From the NCBI RefSeq assembly GCF_009914755.1, contig NC_060948.1: a DNA stretch of 64,000 nt; one strand, 5' to 3'. A program made the position numbers and the translations under genes. Of the stretch, positions 39,250 through 61,732 are shown in pieces. Below the pieces are notes generated by a model. The model saw only the letters and a program-made list of their open reading frames with translations, ran no database searches and was not told the DNA's origin. Positions within the stretch are counted from its first letter, which is position 1. Every line of letters begins with the position of its first letter. This stretch comes from the human T2T-CHM13v2.0 reference genome, Homo sapiens.

Positions 39250-40915
39250 TATTAACGTATTATTTCTGATTATATCCATCTGAACTGGAGTAATCTGGTA
39301 TCTTATTGTGGCTTTAATTTGCATTTTTCTAATAATTAATAGTGTTGACCATCTTTGCAGGTACTTGGCCATTTGTATGTCTTCCTTGGAGAAATTTCAC
39401 TTAAGGTCTCTCATGTATTACTAAATTCTGGTTATTTTTGCTTTTGTGTTTGTTATATATTTTGTGTGATTATCCCTTGTCGTATGTATATTTTGCAAAT
39501 ATATCCTCCCACACTGTAAGTTGTCTCTACTCTATTAATTTATTTTTGCTATGTGATATTTTTTAGATTCTGTTAAATTCACTTGCCTGCTTTTGCTTTT
39601 GTTGCCTATGCTTTTGAGTTCTTATTTACATTTTCTTCCTGTCCTATTTTGTAAATCATTTCCCTATGTTTTATTCAAATAGTTTTTAAGATTGAGTTGT
39701 ACCTTTAAGTCTTCTAATTATATATAATTAAGTTGTTTTAATATGGTAGGTAACCAGTTGACATCTAGTTATATTCATTTAAATAATCAATTTTCCTAGC
39801 ACCATTCATTGAAAAGATTGTCGTTTCTTAAGTGCATATTCCAAACAGCTTAAAAATTACTTGGCCCTAGGTTTCTGAATTTACTATTGGGATCGCTGCA
39901 TACTTTGGTCTATGTGTCTGTTTTCTATGCCAGTGTCATGCTCTTTTGCTTGTTGTAGCTTTGTAGGATATTTTAAAGTCAGGTGCTTTGATGCTTTCAG
40001 GTTGTTCTTTTTTCATAGGATTACTTTGGCTATTTGGAGAGGTTTTCTTTTGTTTTCTATGAATTTTTGGCCTGTTTTTTCCATTTCTGTGAAAAAAATG
40101 TCATTTGGTATTTTATAGAGTTTGCATTGAATCTGTAGATGCCCTTGAGTGGCAAAGCCATTTTAACAATATGTTTTATAACTAATGAGCAAAAATATCT
40201 CTCAAACTTTTCATGTCTTACTTTCTTTATAAGTGTTTTATGATTTACAGTGTAGACAGTGTTTATTTCTTAATTAGTTTTACTGCTAGGCACCTTTATT
40301 TTTTATTCTAGATGCAAAAAAAGTATTTGGAAAAATCTAACATGCCTTTGTGATTAAAACAACAGAAGAAATTAGGTATAGATGGTATCTACCTGAATAC
40401 AATTAAGGCAAAATATGAAATTCATTAGCTGATATCACACTGAACAGGAAAATAGGAAAGTTTTTCTTTTGAGATCTGGAACAAGACAATGATGTCTACT
40501 TTTACCACTTTCATTCAACAGAGTACTGGAATTCTCAGCCTGATCATTTTGCAAGAGAAAGAAATAAAAGACATCCAAATGAAAAAGGAGAAATTCAGAT
40601 TGTCTCTGATCACAGATCATACAATTTTTTATATAGCAGAACTAAATAGTACACTAAGAATCTTGAGAATTAATAAAGAAATTCAGTAAAGTGGCGTTAT
40701 ATCAAATTCACATACAAAATTAGGAGCATGTTTACATGCCAAGAATGAGCCATCTGAAAGAAAAGTTCAAGAAAAAAATTATTTACAACAGCTATAAAAA
40801 TAAGTCCTGTTTCATTTTAAGTTCATCCTTGTGGTAAGGTTCAAAAATTGTTTTTTTGTTTGAGTATTCAGTATTCTCTACCTCATTTGTTAAATAAACT
40901 GTTCTTTTTTCATGT
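39250..40915. mobile_element. Old L1 fragments in mixed orientation (- 39250-40310; + 40310-40800; - 40800-40915)
   Basis: Antisense 3' ORF2 motifs, then sense ORF2 RT motifs (agatgcaaaaaaagtatttgg, aagaaataaaagacatccaaat). Confidence 0.75.
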
Positions 40916-40919
40916 AAAG

Positions 40920-43900
40920 TGATAGAGACCAGAGATAGCCAAGGGACCTTTTCTCATTTTGAGTAATAGAGACAGGAGACAGTCAAGAGTCCTGGCCAAA
41001 ACTCCACTTTTAAGCCTAAAACAGCCTAAAGGCTGATAAATTGAACTGCTGATTTCAGATAAAATCGGCCCTTTCCTGACTGTTTCTCTCTGAGTAATGC
41101 CCACACGCGCACTGGGAAAAGGAGGTGGAGCCATGGAAATGTCAAGGAAGGGGACACAAGCAAAGAAAAAAATGGATGCATGAGAGGCCAGTAATTCAAT
41201 CAGGAAATTGGCAGATTTAAAATCTTATAGGTACTGGGTTTTTCTTCTGCCTGTATGTGTGTAAAAGAGCTCCAATAAATTTACTGAAAAAATGATAAGC
41301 ACTTGGATCAAATATTTTTGAAGGAAAGATGAAAGATGTGTATGTTTTAGTTCACATGACTTTAATGCTTGAGAAATAAAAACAGCCTTAAGATTATCAG
41401 TAAAACACAAATGTCATCAATATGTGAGTAGGTGGACTAAATTATGCAGGTCAGATACTAGGTTTGCTGAATGTTTTAAGGTTATAACTGCTTTTTTGGT
41501 TTTTGAAAACAGTTCAACTTTGCTTCACAATTGGTCAAGCCTGAGGAAAAATGGAACTAAACACACCCTTAATTATGGCTGCTCCTAGCACATAATTAGG
41601 ACAATTTACCTGGCTTTACATTAAAGTTAAAATTGCTAAAATTTACCGTGATAATATGTAATTGAAACCACTGGAAGTACATTTCCAGACAAGGTGTGTA
41701 AGGACGGTAAAATGTGTTTTTAATACAACATTATAAGAAGGCATGCAAATATAAATTCTTGCCTAGGATCAAACAACCGTTTTGAATTACAGATGATAAA
41801 GCTGAAAGTTCAAACAAGTTATGGAAGAATTGTAAAAATAAATCTTTCCAAGAAATTCTGTGTGTGAATATCAATTAAATTCAAGAGGATATTATATGTT
41901 TTTTTGTTTTTGTTTTTTGTTTTTTTGTAAATTGAGCATTGAAATGAAAGCACAAAAAGTACTCTTAAGGCACTAATCTGCTCTGAAGGAAAATTTTTAA
42001 ATAATGTAAAAGTTTCTGCTTTTTTATTTATAGGTCATTATTTTCGTTAAATAAATAATTTATGGTAATCTGGAATTTTATTTTATAACATCAAGCATTT
42101 CAAACTCCTAACATGTAATATCCTTCTCAAAATCAAACTTTGATTACAAAATGGTCTTTCCTAATTCCTGGTTTTTGAATGCTAAAGAGGGTGCCTGGAG
42201 TATCCACGAGAGCTTTATACAGGATCATACAACGTGTTTAGTTACAAGGAATCCCAAAAATGGTTTTCAATATTCTTTAGATGGCATTTTCATGAATAAT
42301 ACTAATACATGTTCCTAAATTGTATGGAATTTCTAAAATTCTAATGTCTGACATATATGCTGTCAACCACAATTAATGCTGTTATGTTAAGTTATTGCAA
42401 ACCATAGACATAACCAAAATTTTTGTCAATCATCTTTCTGACTGTAACTACTCTGGATGTTTTGTTAAACACAGACAATTGTCATCTGGTTTTGACATTT
42501 TTCCAAAAATGTTTTTTAATCAGCTATAGAACTTTGACTGGTGCTCACAAATGCAGGCTTCTGAAAACTTTGGAGCTGTGACAGGAATACAGGAAAAACC
42601 TACCAGGACCCATGAAGAGCTAAAATGTTTATGAATATTAAACAAAACAAGAGTTAACTGAATGGACTGGACTGATAGAAACATGAAGTAATCTTTCCTA
42701 TTTTTGCTTGTAACATTACTGACTCATGTATTGTTTACCATAGTCAAGGAAACTTATTTTGAGCTGTTTACAGCCTTTAATATTTGAGTAAGGTGTACTC
42801 CTGTGAAGAAAATTTGAATCATGTTTATCTCTCTCTTCCTGGCTTCTTCAGAATTTGAAAAATAGTTATGAGTGTTCTTAACTTATGGCAATATAGCTGT
42901 TTGAATCAGTGTAATAATAGTCTATTTTATTTGCAACAGGACACAGTTAGAGAAACTGGTTGTTTTATCAAGGCCTTGATTGAAAAGTTCTGCTTCCCTT
43001 TAAGCAGTCAAGCTCAACTTGCAGAGCCAATAATAGCCCCTTGGATAAACTGGCCTTATACCTTATCTACAGAGTCCTTGTGCAGGGTTCCAGATCTGTG
43101 GTAAGTAAAGAATGACACTTTGGACAGGCCCAGGGGCTCCAAGTTTATTTTGGGACCATAAGAGAAGAGGATAACCCAACTCATAACTAACTGATGGTAC
43201 AAAACCATGGCTGGGTTTGACTTCAGAAAGTCCTCTCTGAAATTTCTTGTGGAAGAGTTCTATTAAAGCCAATGTAAAATAACTATGTAGGAATAATTTT
43301 TCTTGCTGTGCTTTATGTAAATAATGAATCCAAGCATACGACTAAAGCTGATTTCACAAAGAACTCAGTTCTATCATTATTTGTTTCTAACAACAACAAC
43401 AAAAGAACTGAATGGAAAAGATTATTTGTCAAAACTAATTATATGGTTGTCATTAAATCCTAAACTCATTAGATTTGCATTTTTCCTACATTTTAGAACA
43501 AACCGGCTTATTCTTGTAAGCCAATTAGTGATATTCAACTGCAGCTCAGAAGAAATGAAAAGAAACTGGTAAAAATCTGGATTAATATTCTAGTTCTGGG
43601 CAATTATCCTGCAAACCCTGCATTGTTATGGGAATAAATAGTGTGCCCACCCAAATCTTAGCAAGCATAACTAGAGCCACGAGATATCTGGGTGTGTTAC
43701 AAGACATTATTTCTCTCCCTCGTGGAAAGAGGACTCAATCCCACAGCTTCATCTAAAAATTCAGCTAACTATATGGAGTCCATGCAAATCCCTGAGCCAC
43801 ATTTTTGTCCCAACCTCAGTTTCAAGCTTCAGGTTGAAGCCCTAGGAAATAACACCGGATCTGAGAAATCCAGAAGGAGATGATAATGGAGGATAAAAGG

Positions 43901-45345
43901 CACAGTGCAGGTGAGCATGACAAATTCCAGACAATTAAGCCAAGCCTCCCATTTCATCGATAAAGATTATGCTAGTGTCCTTGGCATAAATAAAGTCTAG
44001 TGAACTCCAGAACTACTGACAGCAGAGTAGATAGGGCATACGTGGGTAAGAGCAGACATTTCAACCACCCTAGTTCTCTCCGTTAACATGGGTGAAAGCT
44101 GCTTTGACACCCATGGACGGACCTTGTTACAATCACTGGGACTCGGGGATAGAAGAATAGGAGCAGGAAAGAGAAGATTTTTTCTCCTATCCCTCAACAT
44201 ACCCTGGAAATTTGCAAGAAAGAGAAAGGAACCAGGGACAACTGCTTCTCTCTTTCTAGATGAGTAGCCATTTGTCTTCAGTCTATGTGCCTTTTGAATG
44301 CAAACTAAACCCTTGGGACTTCTCTGAAAATAATGTTTTTTGTTTTTTCTTTCTCCTCTGTCCTCTATTTACAGATAGGTAATCATGTCTTCATACTATG
44401 GGACACTTTCCTCAGATGCATCCTCAAAGCCTGGAAGAGTTAATTTCCCAAAATTTAGACTTGTTTGCTTAGGATCGAACTCAAGGCAAAAGAACCCAGA
44501 AGACTGACATGCTGGCCAAACAATTTTTTTTTTCTTCCATTGGAGTTTTTGTCCTTCCTCTTTCTATGGGAAAAGACCTTCCCTTTTCAAGGGAAAAGAC
44601 CTTGGAAATTTTGAGCTGACCTTGCCATTTGCCCCTTGTTTCATTTCAGTACATGTTTTTTAATAACCCAGTTTGATTCTTTTTATTTTTAGCCTACCAA
44701 AGTTCAAAAAGTCACTCAACCAGAGCCTTGAACAGTGGCCCATTTCACTGGGGACAATTAGATAGGCCTCTTAGTGAGATCTGATTGCCATTTTTTTCCA
44801 AAAAAAAAAGTGCCCCCTCTCAGCAGGAAGCACTTAAAAGTTGTTTTTGTCCTAATCCTTATCCTTCTTCTAATGGCAGTCAGATGTACTCATTTAAAGG
44901 GGGGAAATAACGAGTTAGAAAAGAGCCAAGGGTCCTTGGCAAAACCACACATTCAAGCTTAAAACAGCCTGAAGTCTGAAAAATCAGACTGTTGGCCCCA
45001 GATAAAGCCTTCCTTTTTCCAACTGATTTTCTCTCAGTAATATCCACCTGCACAACTGGGGAAGAGAGTGGAGCCATGGAAAGTTCACCTCTTGTGCAGG
45101 GAGGAGAAGCCTGGACTCTTCAGTTTCCTGTGATGGTCTGGTGTTCATCAATTTGGGAGGTGGGGGCCTGTAAACAGGTCTCCAACTCATTTTGTTAAAA
45201 GTTTTCTTCTTCTTCTTCTTTTTTTTTTTTCCATTTTCCCCAATCAACTCTACTCCTCATCCTTCAGAGCGTCCCTGACTTAATATATTCTAGTCATGTG
45301 ACCAGAACCCAATTTTTTTTGATGTAAGGAAAGCGTTCTGCAACA
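40920..45345 (+). mobile_element. MER83-like (MER4-group ERV1) provirus remnant: partial 5' LTR, non-coding internal region, 3' LTR ~44905-45345
   Basis: Related LTR segments aagcctaaaacagcctaaaggctga (41011) and aagcttaaaacagcctgaagtctga (44956); PPT aaagggggg at 44896; AT-rich MER4-int-like interior; ends gcaaca. Confidence 0.75.
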
Positions 45346-45579
45346 TGAGGATTTGCAACCGTCGTTTAAGATAAGCTGAGTATACGCATGTGGGTTACTT
45401 TCTGGCTTCTCTTATCTCTTTCAACATTTATTTTTCTGTCTTTTTCCCAGCACCACACTGTTTGATTACTGTAACTTTGCAATATGTTTTAAAATAAAAA
45501 AATATATGACTCTGACTTTATTATATTTTCCCAGGTTGTTTGTCTATTTGTGGTTTTTGAGCATTTATAAAAATTATAG

Positions 45580-45852
45580 GGCAATATTTGGTGGCTCACT
45601 CCTGTGATCCCAGAACTTTGGGAAGTCAAGGCAGGTGGATTGCTTGAGTCCAGAAAGTTTGAGACCAGCATTGGCAATATGGTGAAACCCTGTCTCTACA
45701 AAAACCCCCAAATCTTGCTGACCGTGGTGGCATGCACCTGCAGGCCCAGCTACTTGTGAGGCAGAGGTGGGAGGATCAATTGAACTTCAGAGCTCAAGGC
45801 TACATGCAGTGAGCCATGATTAGGACACTGCACTCTAGCCTGGGTGACACAG
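45580..45852 (+). mobile_element. AluJ within an L1 fragment
   Basis: gtggctcactcctgtgatccc...gtgggaggatc...ctagcctgggtgacac. Confidence 0.85.
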
Positions 45853-46249
45853 CCAAATATTGATGCCAACACTTCAGAATATTTTAGTACTTCTGGAAAA
45901 ACTACCATTGGTTTTTTGAAAGAGGTCTCATTGATCTGTAGATCATTTTGAATACCATAAACGTCTAAAGAAACGTGCATGTTCTAACTCTTTTAAAATA
46001 GCGTGCGGAAGAATTTGTCTACTTTTCATATACATGCAGACATGCTAGCTTTCTTTTGGTTTTGAACCTCCAGTTATATTTTACTGTAGTCAGAAGTAAT
46101 ACTTTTTTATAACCATTTGTTCAAATATGCTAAAACTTGCATGCTAGCTAAGAAGTTTGCCTATCTTAGGAAATAAACTGTATGTAATTAGAAATATTAT
46201 GTATTATGCTATCGTTGCGTGAAATGTTTTGTAGATTATCCCTAGATCT

Positions 46250-46730
46250 TATTTTTCTTTTTAATCTTTTATTTTTCTGTACATTTGTCTTTGTTTTTAT
46301 CTTGTTTCTCTTTATTTTTATTTACTTTCATTTTTTCTATTAATTTAATTTTACTTCATTTTTTATTTTTTGTTTTTTCATTATAGTCTCAATTTCAAAT
46401 TTTCTAGATTTTTGTCGTTTGTAATTTTATTCAATTTCTTGTTTCTTTTATTTATTTCCATGCATATCTCTTTGTTATTTTATTTTTCTCTGCATTTCTT
46501 TTTTACTTTCACTTGTCTCTTCTTATTCTTAAAATTTTCTTATTTCTCAATTTTATTGTATTTACTGTTTATCTTCATCTTGATTTTATTTTCACTAATC
46601 TTAGTTATATTTTTCTTTACTTTTCTCTATTTTGTTTCAGTTTATTTTATTTGCCCTTACTATTTTCCAATTGCTTTATTTTTAAATTTTATTTCTCTTG
46701 AATTATTTTTTCTTTATTTGTCTACATTTT
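46250..46730. repeat. T-rich low-complexity tract
   Basis: About 480 bp of T-rich degenerate sequence. Confidence 0.9.
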
Positions 46731-47017
46731 GCTGAGGCAGGGTATAGTCAGGGGCTCCTATCAGAACTGCTGTTATCCCTGGACAGATCTTTTATTGTTA
46801 CAAGCCCATCTAGCATTCAGTTTTACAGGCCATTTCTACTGCTTTCGAAAGCCCCGTGCAAGCCTCAGTATTGCTAGGCTGAAGCCCTGATTGCCTCTTT
46901 ATTTGTGTACGAATGGGTTCCCTACACACAATCCAGGGCACTGATTGCTCTTCCTACTTTACAAGGACAGAGCCGCACCCACTCCACTCCAACAAGTAAT
47001 GTCTGCACCATATGTGA

Positions 47018-47362
<345 letters not shown>

Positions 47363-48217
47363 TGATTTATTTTGAATATATTAGCTTTATGGGTAGATAC
47401 ACATTCATATATGTACAAAAATGCAATTGATGTGAGAAGATGAATATTTCTACATTTTATCTTATGATTTCATGGAGTTGCTATTTTACCTTTTCCTTTC
47501 TTTATCTTTATATGTTTAATGGGAAGATCCTCAGTGAAGACCCCTCACTGTGATAGACAAAATATTGTACAATAAATCATGGATAGATGCAGTGAAGTAA
47601 CTTCTGGTTTTTATTTGGAGATCTCATAGCTGGGATTAAAAACTCTGGTGGTAAAAATCACCTGATGAGGACTTTTAATATGCTGTCTTCTTCTGCACAT
47701 TTTCCCACCATCACAATTTTTTGAATTTCCCAAGAAAAAATGTGGAAAATTATTTCCCTCATACCTACTCATCTCCCTTTTATAGGTTTTCAGGTTATGC
47801 TTTGTGCAGATTGCTTAGAAGCTCACGATCACAGACATCATATTTGTCAAGAGAAAGCTTTGTTGAACCAGGATTAAGTGTAGGTGTTTACCTCCTAAGG
47901 GCCCATGGTTCCTCTAGAGGTTGGATGGATCTTCAAAACCATTACTGAATCCAGGAACTGAAGACAGAATTTGAGGGCATTGAAAAATGCTCCCTTTTGA
48001 TTTCCAAGTGTTCGCTGCTTATTCTGGCATTAATCTTGATTGTGACCACGATGTTTCTCTTAGTCATCTTTCCTGGTACACCACTGATTGTGCATCTAAG
48101 GAAAAGAGGCCTGAATGAGAGTGTTAAGGAGAACAACAGCATCTTTCTTAGCTGATGCCTCGGTGAGCTTTGAAGCACATTGAGCAGAGTCTGAAATCCT
48201 TCCTTAATATAGGATAA

Positions 48218-48690
48218 GTTGCATCAAATTCAACTCCCATAGAAATGGCACCAGGTTCAAGATGTCAAAGAAGAGACTTAGAACAAGTGAATGAGATACG
48301 GAGTTTTACTGGGGACTTAAAAAGAGGGGAAAAAGTCCACTGTCAGTGGGCTTAGCATGATAACCATTCCCACTTACAAAAAGCATGCAGTTTGTATAGC
48401 ATTGTTATTTAGCACTTTTTTCAACAACTTTTCACCTGTCAGCATTTATTTAACAAAAAAGGAGTGGCCTCAGTCCCCTGTGTGGTCTGTATTCCATGCC
48501 ACAGGATGGAACAGACCTGGTACTGAGATATTCCTCATAAAGAAAGAATAATTTTCAGGTTAGCCACTACTAGGTTTTTTATCTTGGATCTCTGGGCACT
48601 CAGAAGCTTTTTTTTTTTTTTTTTAATACAAGGTCAGTCTCCAGGTATGCCCAAGTCAAGTTAACACTGTCAGTTTCATCCATCATACAG
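48218..48690 (-). mobile_element. LTR47-like solo LTR (ERVL)
   Basis: atggcaccaggttcaaga...aaagaagagac...aaaagcatgcagttt.tatagcatt...ggtatgc...aagtta...ctgtcag...cataca. Confidence 0.6.
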
Positions 48691-49016
48691 GCTGGTTAAG
48701 GCAGTGGAGGGTCTTCTTCCTGAGACTCTAAATTCAAAATGGTTTGATTTTTCTTAAATCCTTGAGTTGACAGTTTACTAAAAGGCCCATTGTGTGTGCA
48801 CATTGCTGGTATGGTTGTCTAAGATAATGAGATGGCTTCTTAGTTGGTAGGGTGTGTTTCTGTTACAGGTGTGACTGGGTTTGTACAGGCTGCTGAGGTG
48901 CCCCTTCTCCAGACTGTCATTGGATCATGACATTCTGGGGTCCCAGTTCCACTATTTCCCAAGGTGGGACACGCTGACGCAGAACCTGAAATTGTGATTC
49001 ACGGTGACTAGGCTGA

Positions 49017-49407
<391 letters not shown>

Positions 49408-51615
49408 TCTAATTTATCTTTTGGTATGGAGAGCAGAAAACAGTCTGAGGATGTGACAGCCCTCCTCCTAGAGTTGGCACTATTTATGCATGGTTCTTAA
49501 GTGTCAAGGTAGGTTGAGAGATCTCTCTTCCTGGCACAGCCTGAGTGGGCTAGAGTGCTGTGACCCTTAACTCTAGTCATGCAGCCTTCAGAGGAATTTC
49601 AAAAACCACCGGATGTGGGGGATAGAGAAAGAGCTGGTACAAATGACAAGTTGTAGGTAAAATAATTGGAGACAGGAAGAGAATGGGACCTGCTTGGGTC
49701 AGTGCACACACTGCATGGGTGCAGCTTAACAGTCAATCCATTTCTCTGATTTGGCCCTTGTGTCATGGAATTAACATGTCCACTTCTGCTCTGGCCTCGG
49801 AGCTGAACTCTTTGTTTCTAGAACCAAATTTAAATTCTCATCTCTGGAATTACATTTGGGTTTCACAGGCCACTGGAGTGGGGAGGCCCAGGTGCGCCCA
49901 CAAAAGAGGCTGTTGTTGGGCTTTCCTCACATGAGTTTTGTGCCTACGCTCACAAGGATAAGGGATCTTCTTCCTCAAGGCATGCCAGGAAGGCTTATGG
50001 GAGCCAGTGAAGAAAAAAGGTGATGCCTCAGCCCAGTGCTGTTGCCCCTCCTGGCTTGTGGCTTTGGGCTCTCAATCATGCTCATCAGAAAAATGAGCAA
50101 TGAAAGCCCCTCAGTGACTGACTGCTTACCCCACCTTTACCATGCCACAGGACAGTGCCACCCCTGAAGCTCCAAGTACAGCCTGTGCTTCAAAAAACTG
50201 AAGAATCTCTCGGTTCAGTTCAGGGCCCTAAGAGGGTTCTCCCCTGCAGGGAACTCTGATGCCTACCCCTCCTTGCCCAACTGACAGCTAAGCATGTCTG
50301 CTGTGTTGCACCCTTGTTGCCTGCTCTTATCAAGCCCGTGTCTCCATGAATTGACTAGGGGCACAGGCTCACTGAAGCCCAAGTGACCTGTCTAACACTC
50401 CTTCAACGCACAGCCTCAGGCATGTGCCATACAGGTTTCTCCTAGAATGTAATCTTAGGGTGTCACACCACCAAATTCTGCTCTAACTTTTGGACTAGCT
50501 AATCAGTAAGTCACTTAATGTTCCAAGATGGGTGTGAGCCTTGACTCTCTTTATCTCCTTCCTCTAGTGGGGCTGCATTGTGGGTTGCCATCCTGATTTC
50601 TTTGTGGAAAAAGATAGCAGATGAGGCAGGACCCAAGGGCCAGGGACAGGACAGAACACCTAGGCTGGCCTCCCCTAATGCCCTCTGAGGTCCCTGCAGG
50701 AGAGAGGGCTCAATGGAGTTCCAGGCCCCTTTTCTAGGATGGTGGGAATAGCCCCTTCCTGGACCACCAAGAAAAGCCTACTGTTTCTGCAACCTGCACC
50801 TACGTGTCTCTAGATGAGCATCCGTTTATCTTTGTGGTCATGGCCTTCTGCTTCATTTCCATAAGATATTCTCCTGGAACAAATGCCTAGGGAATCCTGG
50901 GCCTATAGTGAAGGTTCTCAAAGTGCCAAAGTCCATAAGATTCTCAAAAACATAATTAGTAGTATTTTCTACACATTGCTGTCTCAGGGTTGATTTTGCC
51001 AAATAATGTGTAAAAACAAATATTAAAATTTTTATCCTTTACATTATTTTAATTACATCATCATACAGAGCTTTTATTTTCTGAAATTTATTGTTATACC
51101 AATCATTGAATTTTTCTTTTCTTCTTTGTCCAAATCGTTACCTGTTTTAGACACCAAATCTTAAAAAAAATGCTGCACAAATGCTGATAGGTGACAGCAA
51201 TTTATTTAAAATTTAATCAAGTTTCTTAAATAAGTAAATAATTTCAGTAAACTTAGTTTATGTTATTTACATAAATTATTTTTCATCTTATCCTCAATCT
51301 TAAAATAAGGTTATCTTGGTATGCAATTCAAAATCAACAGATTTTTTTAAATAGGCAAATTAAAAACATTTTTTGGACATGTTGGGTAATATAATTCTCA
51401 AATAGCTTATCTTTCTCAAGTAAAAAAAGAAATCAACGCACTTGAAAATTGATATTCATAGTATCTTTAAAAGTTACATTATGAATATGCTTTTATAGTT
51501 GCCAAAAACTTAGTAAACCTAAATCTAGTCTTCCACAGTAAAACTTAAAGATTATACAAAGGAGATTAAATTTACAGGCTAAATTTCCCACAAAAAATTA
51601 AAAAGATTCTTTGCT

Positions 51616-52830
<1,215 letters not shown>

Positions 52831-53258
52831 CATTTATTTACTATAGATATTTTAAATTTCTCACTTGAGACCACAGGCTAATTTTAAAAGGAATATTTAT
52901 TTCTAATTACATAGCTTCCATTACATACCTAGTATTGTATTTGTTTACTTCATGTGTATGTCAAAAAGACCTCATGACTTACTAAACGTTCTATTGTTTA
53001 CTTAAATATATTGGCCCAATAAAATTAATAAACTCAATTCTGTCAACTTTATAGAGTAAAATAGTCAATAAGTAAACAAAAAAATTGGATTAAATAGAAT
53101 TCTAAAATTGAAAAAATACAAAATGTACTAAATAAATAGCATACCATACATGCACTGTAAAATTACTCACATGTAAAAATTATTTTCCGAATAGCGTTAC
53201 ATTTTATCAAAGTCACTTTCATAATTTCTGAGGGGATTGTACAGAGAATGTCTTTTCA

Positions 53259-53557
53259 CTTGTTTGTTTGTTTTGAGATGAAGTTTTGCTTTGTTGCTCA
53301 GGCTGGAGTGCAATGGCACCATCTTGGCTCACTGTAATGTTCATCCCCTGGGTTAAAGTGATTCTCCTGCCTCAGCCTCCTGAGTAGCTGGGATTACAGG
53401 AGCCCGCCATCATGCCCACCTAATTTTTGTATTTTTAGTAAAGACAGCATTTCACCGTGTTGGCCAGGCCGGTCTGAAACTCCTGATCTCTGGAGATCCA
53501 CCTGCTTCAGCCACTCAAAGTGCTGGGATTTCAGGCATGAGCCACCAAGCACAGTCC
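53259..53557 (-). mobile_element. AluS (Sq/Sp-like)
   Basis: Antisense Alu with ttgttgctcagg and gtgcaatgg. Confidence 0.9.
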
Positions 53558-54769
53558 AAAGAAAGTGTTATGAACTTTGATGAAAAGAAAATTATATATT
53601 ATGTCTAGGGTGAGCAACAGGCTAACCTACAAAAAAAGAAAAATTTGCAGAAGATGATTCTAAGCCACTAGCAATCACATTTTAAATCAAGGAGCTTAAT
53701 ACAAAGCAGAGAAAATAGATTTGCTTTGAAAATCTTTGAAGTTTCTGGCTTGCTGGTAAGATGTCAACACTTGTAAAAGGATTTGTTTCATTTTAATATT
53801 TTTATTTTCTTCTCAATGTAACCAACCATAAATAAATATGATTATTTTCTAGAAGTTTGTTACATACCTAGAGTTTATTTTACAGTAATATATTTCTTAT
53901 ATTTAAATTCATGTAAATCAAAACTAAAGGTCTGTGTGTGTTTATCAGAGCAGAGCAGTCATACCTTTAATAGAGAAAAAGTAGGATCAAATTTTATAAA
54001 TAGTTGTTCAGTATTCAGAAACATAGAGCTCCGTTATACTAATATGATCTTCATTACAACCATCATAATAACCTGTAGTTACAAGGAAAAAAAATGTAAG
54101 TTGTAAAAACCACACTTTCCAAATTATTTCATTTTAAAAACCACTGACAAAGGAATCACTACAGATGTTATTCCACTGTCTCTCAGTAGTATATTGTTAC
54201 CATCAGTTACCTACAGCCTTGGTTAAGATGGGATAACTTATCATCAGTTGCAAGATACACATTCAATGTCAAATAGCTTTAACAAAATAACAATATTGAT
54301 TTACTAAAAGAAATTAAGTCCACGCATTTTCATTAAAAAGGCATTTTGGAATTCACTTTATTCCAATTACCTTAATTTGCAAATGGTAAAGCAATGTCCA
54401 ACTAAAAATCAAATTGTTTCTCTCACTATGCAGAATGTTGCCCTTACTCCACTCCTATCATCCTGTCATTTATGATACTGTCGTAAACCAACAACTAAGT
54501 TGCCTTTGTACATAGAAATTCTTCAGGTATCTTAGATTTCTGTTTTCTTAATCTTCCATGGAAAAGTGTATAAATCTGTCCTTGTAATATAGAAGAACCT
54601 CTCATAACTCTGGTGCAGCAGCTATTGACCATGCTCTTTCACATAAATTCTAGAAATAAAGATATATCACCAAAGGTAAGAGATGAATTACATCAATATT
54701 TGCTTTTGAAAATATATGTTCTCAAAAAATATTAAATTCTTTTAATATAAAAAGTATATTCCTTTTAGA

Positions 54770-59640
<4,871 letters not shown>

Positions 59641-59649
59641 ATAAGTTAA

Positions 59650-60892
<1,243 letters not shown>

Positions 60893-61442
60893 CTAAGAAA
60901 ATAAAAGGACTATAAATCTCTCCCTCATTAGACTCAGGTGAATACAACTTACAAATATATAATTAAACAAAGCACATTAACAAGGTGACAATAAAATATC
61001 ACAGGCTCTAATTCCTTAATACAAATTTAAACTTAACAGAAATACACCGATCAAAATGCCTTTGTGAGAAGTCTAATAACCAGGTAAAAATTTGCAGCAC
61101 CCGAAGGGAGCAAAATGCAAAAAACCACATAGTGGTTTAATAAAAGTATTTTGCGTTTACCCACGAAAGCCATTCTTCATCCTATGATGACTTTAAATAT
61201 CGACTCCCAACTCCTGTCTCCACCGTCCAATAATAAATAAAATAGTGACACCTGTGTCCATGCTTCTGGGTTTTTGAGACCTTACAATAAACTAATTTCT
61301 ATATTCCATGGCAGTGTTGAAAGGAAAGTTGGTAACTGACAGTTTTGGATAGCTGAGACCAAAGTTAAATGACTGTTACAAGTGAAGGCAGAAAAGGGGT
61401 ATAGCAACTGACTATAGGATCTCAATAAGAAACATGGAGAAT

Positions 61443-61732
61443 GCCGGGAGCGGTTGCTCGCACCTGTAATATCAGCAATTTGGGAGCCTGAAACAGGCAT
61501 ATCACCAGAGGTGAGAAGTTCAAGACAAGCCAGGTCAACATGGTGAAACCTTGTCTCTACTAAAAATACAAAAGTTAGCTGGGTGTGGTGGCAGGCTCCT
61601 GTAATTCCTGCTATTCAGGAGGCTGAGGATGGCGAATTGCTTGAACCCAGGAGCTGGAGGTTGCAGTGAGCCAAGATTGTGCCATTGTACTCCAGCCTGG
61701 GTAACAACAGTGAAGCTCCCACTCAAAACAGA
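61443..61732 (+). mobile_element. AluS
   Basis: Diverged dimeric Alu. Confidence 0.88.

Noticed and set aside
46370-46735. 121-aa hydrophobic, membrane-like ORF
   Set aside because: T-rich low-complexity DNA
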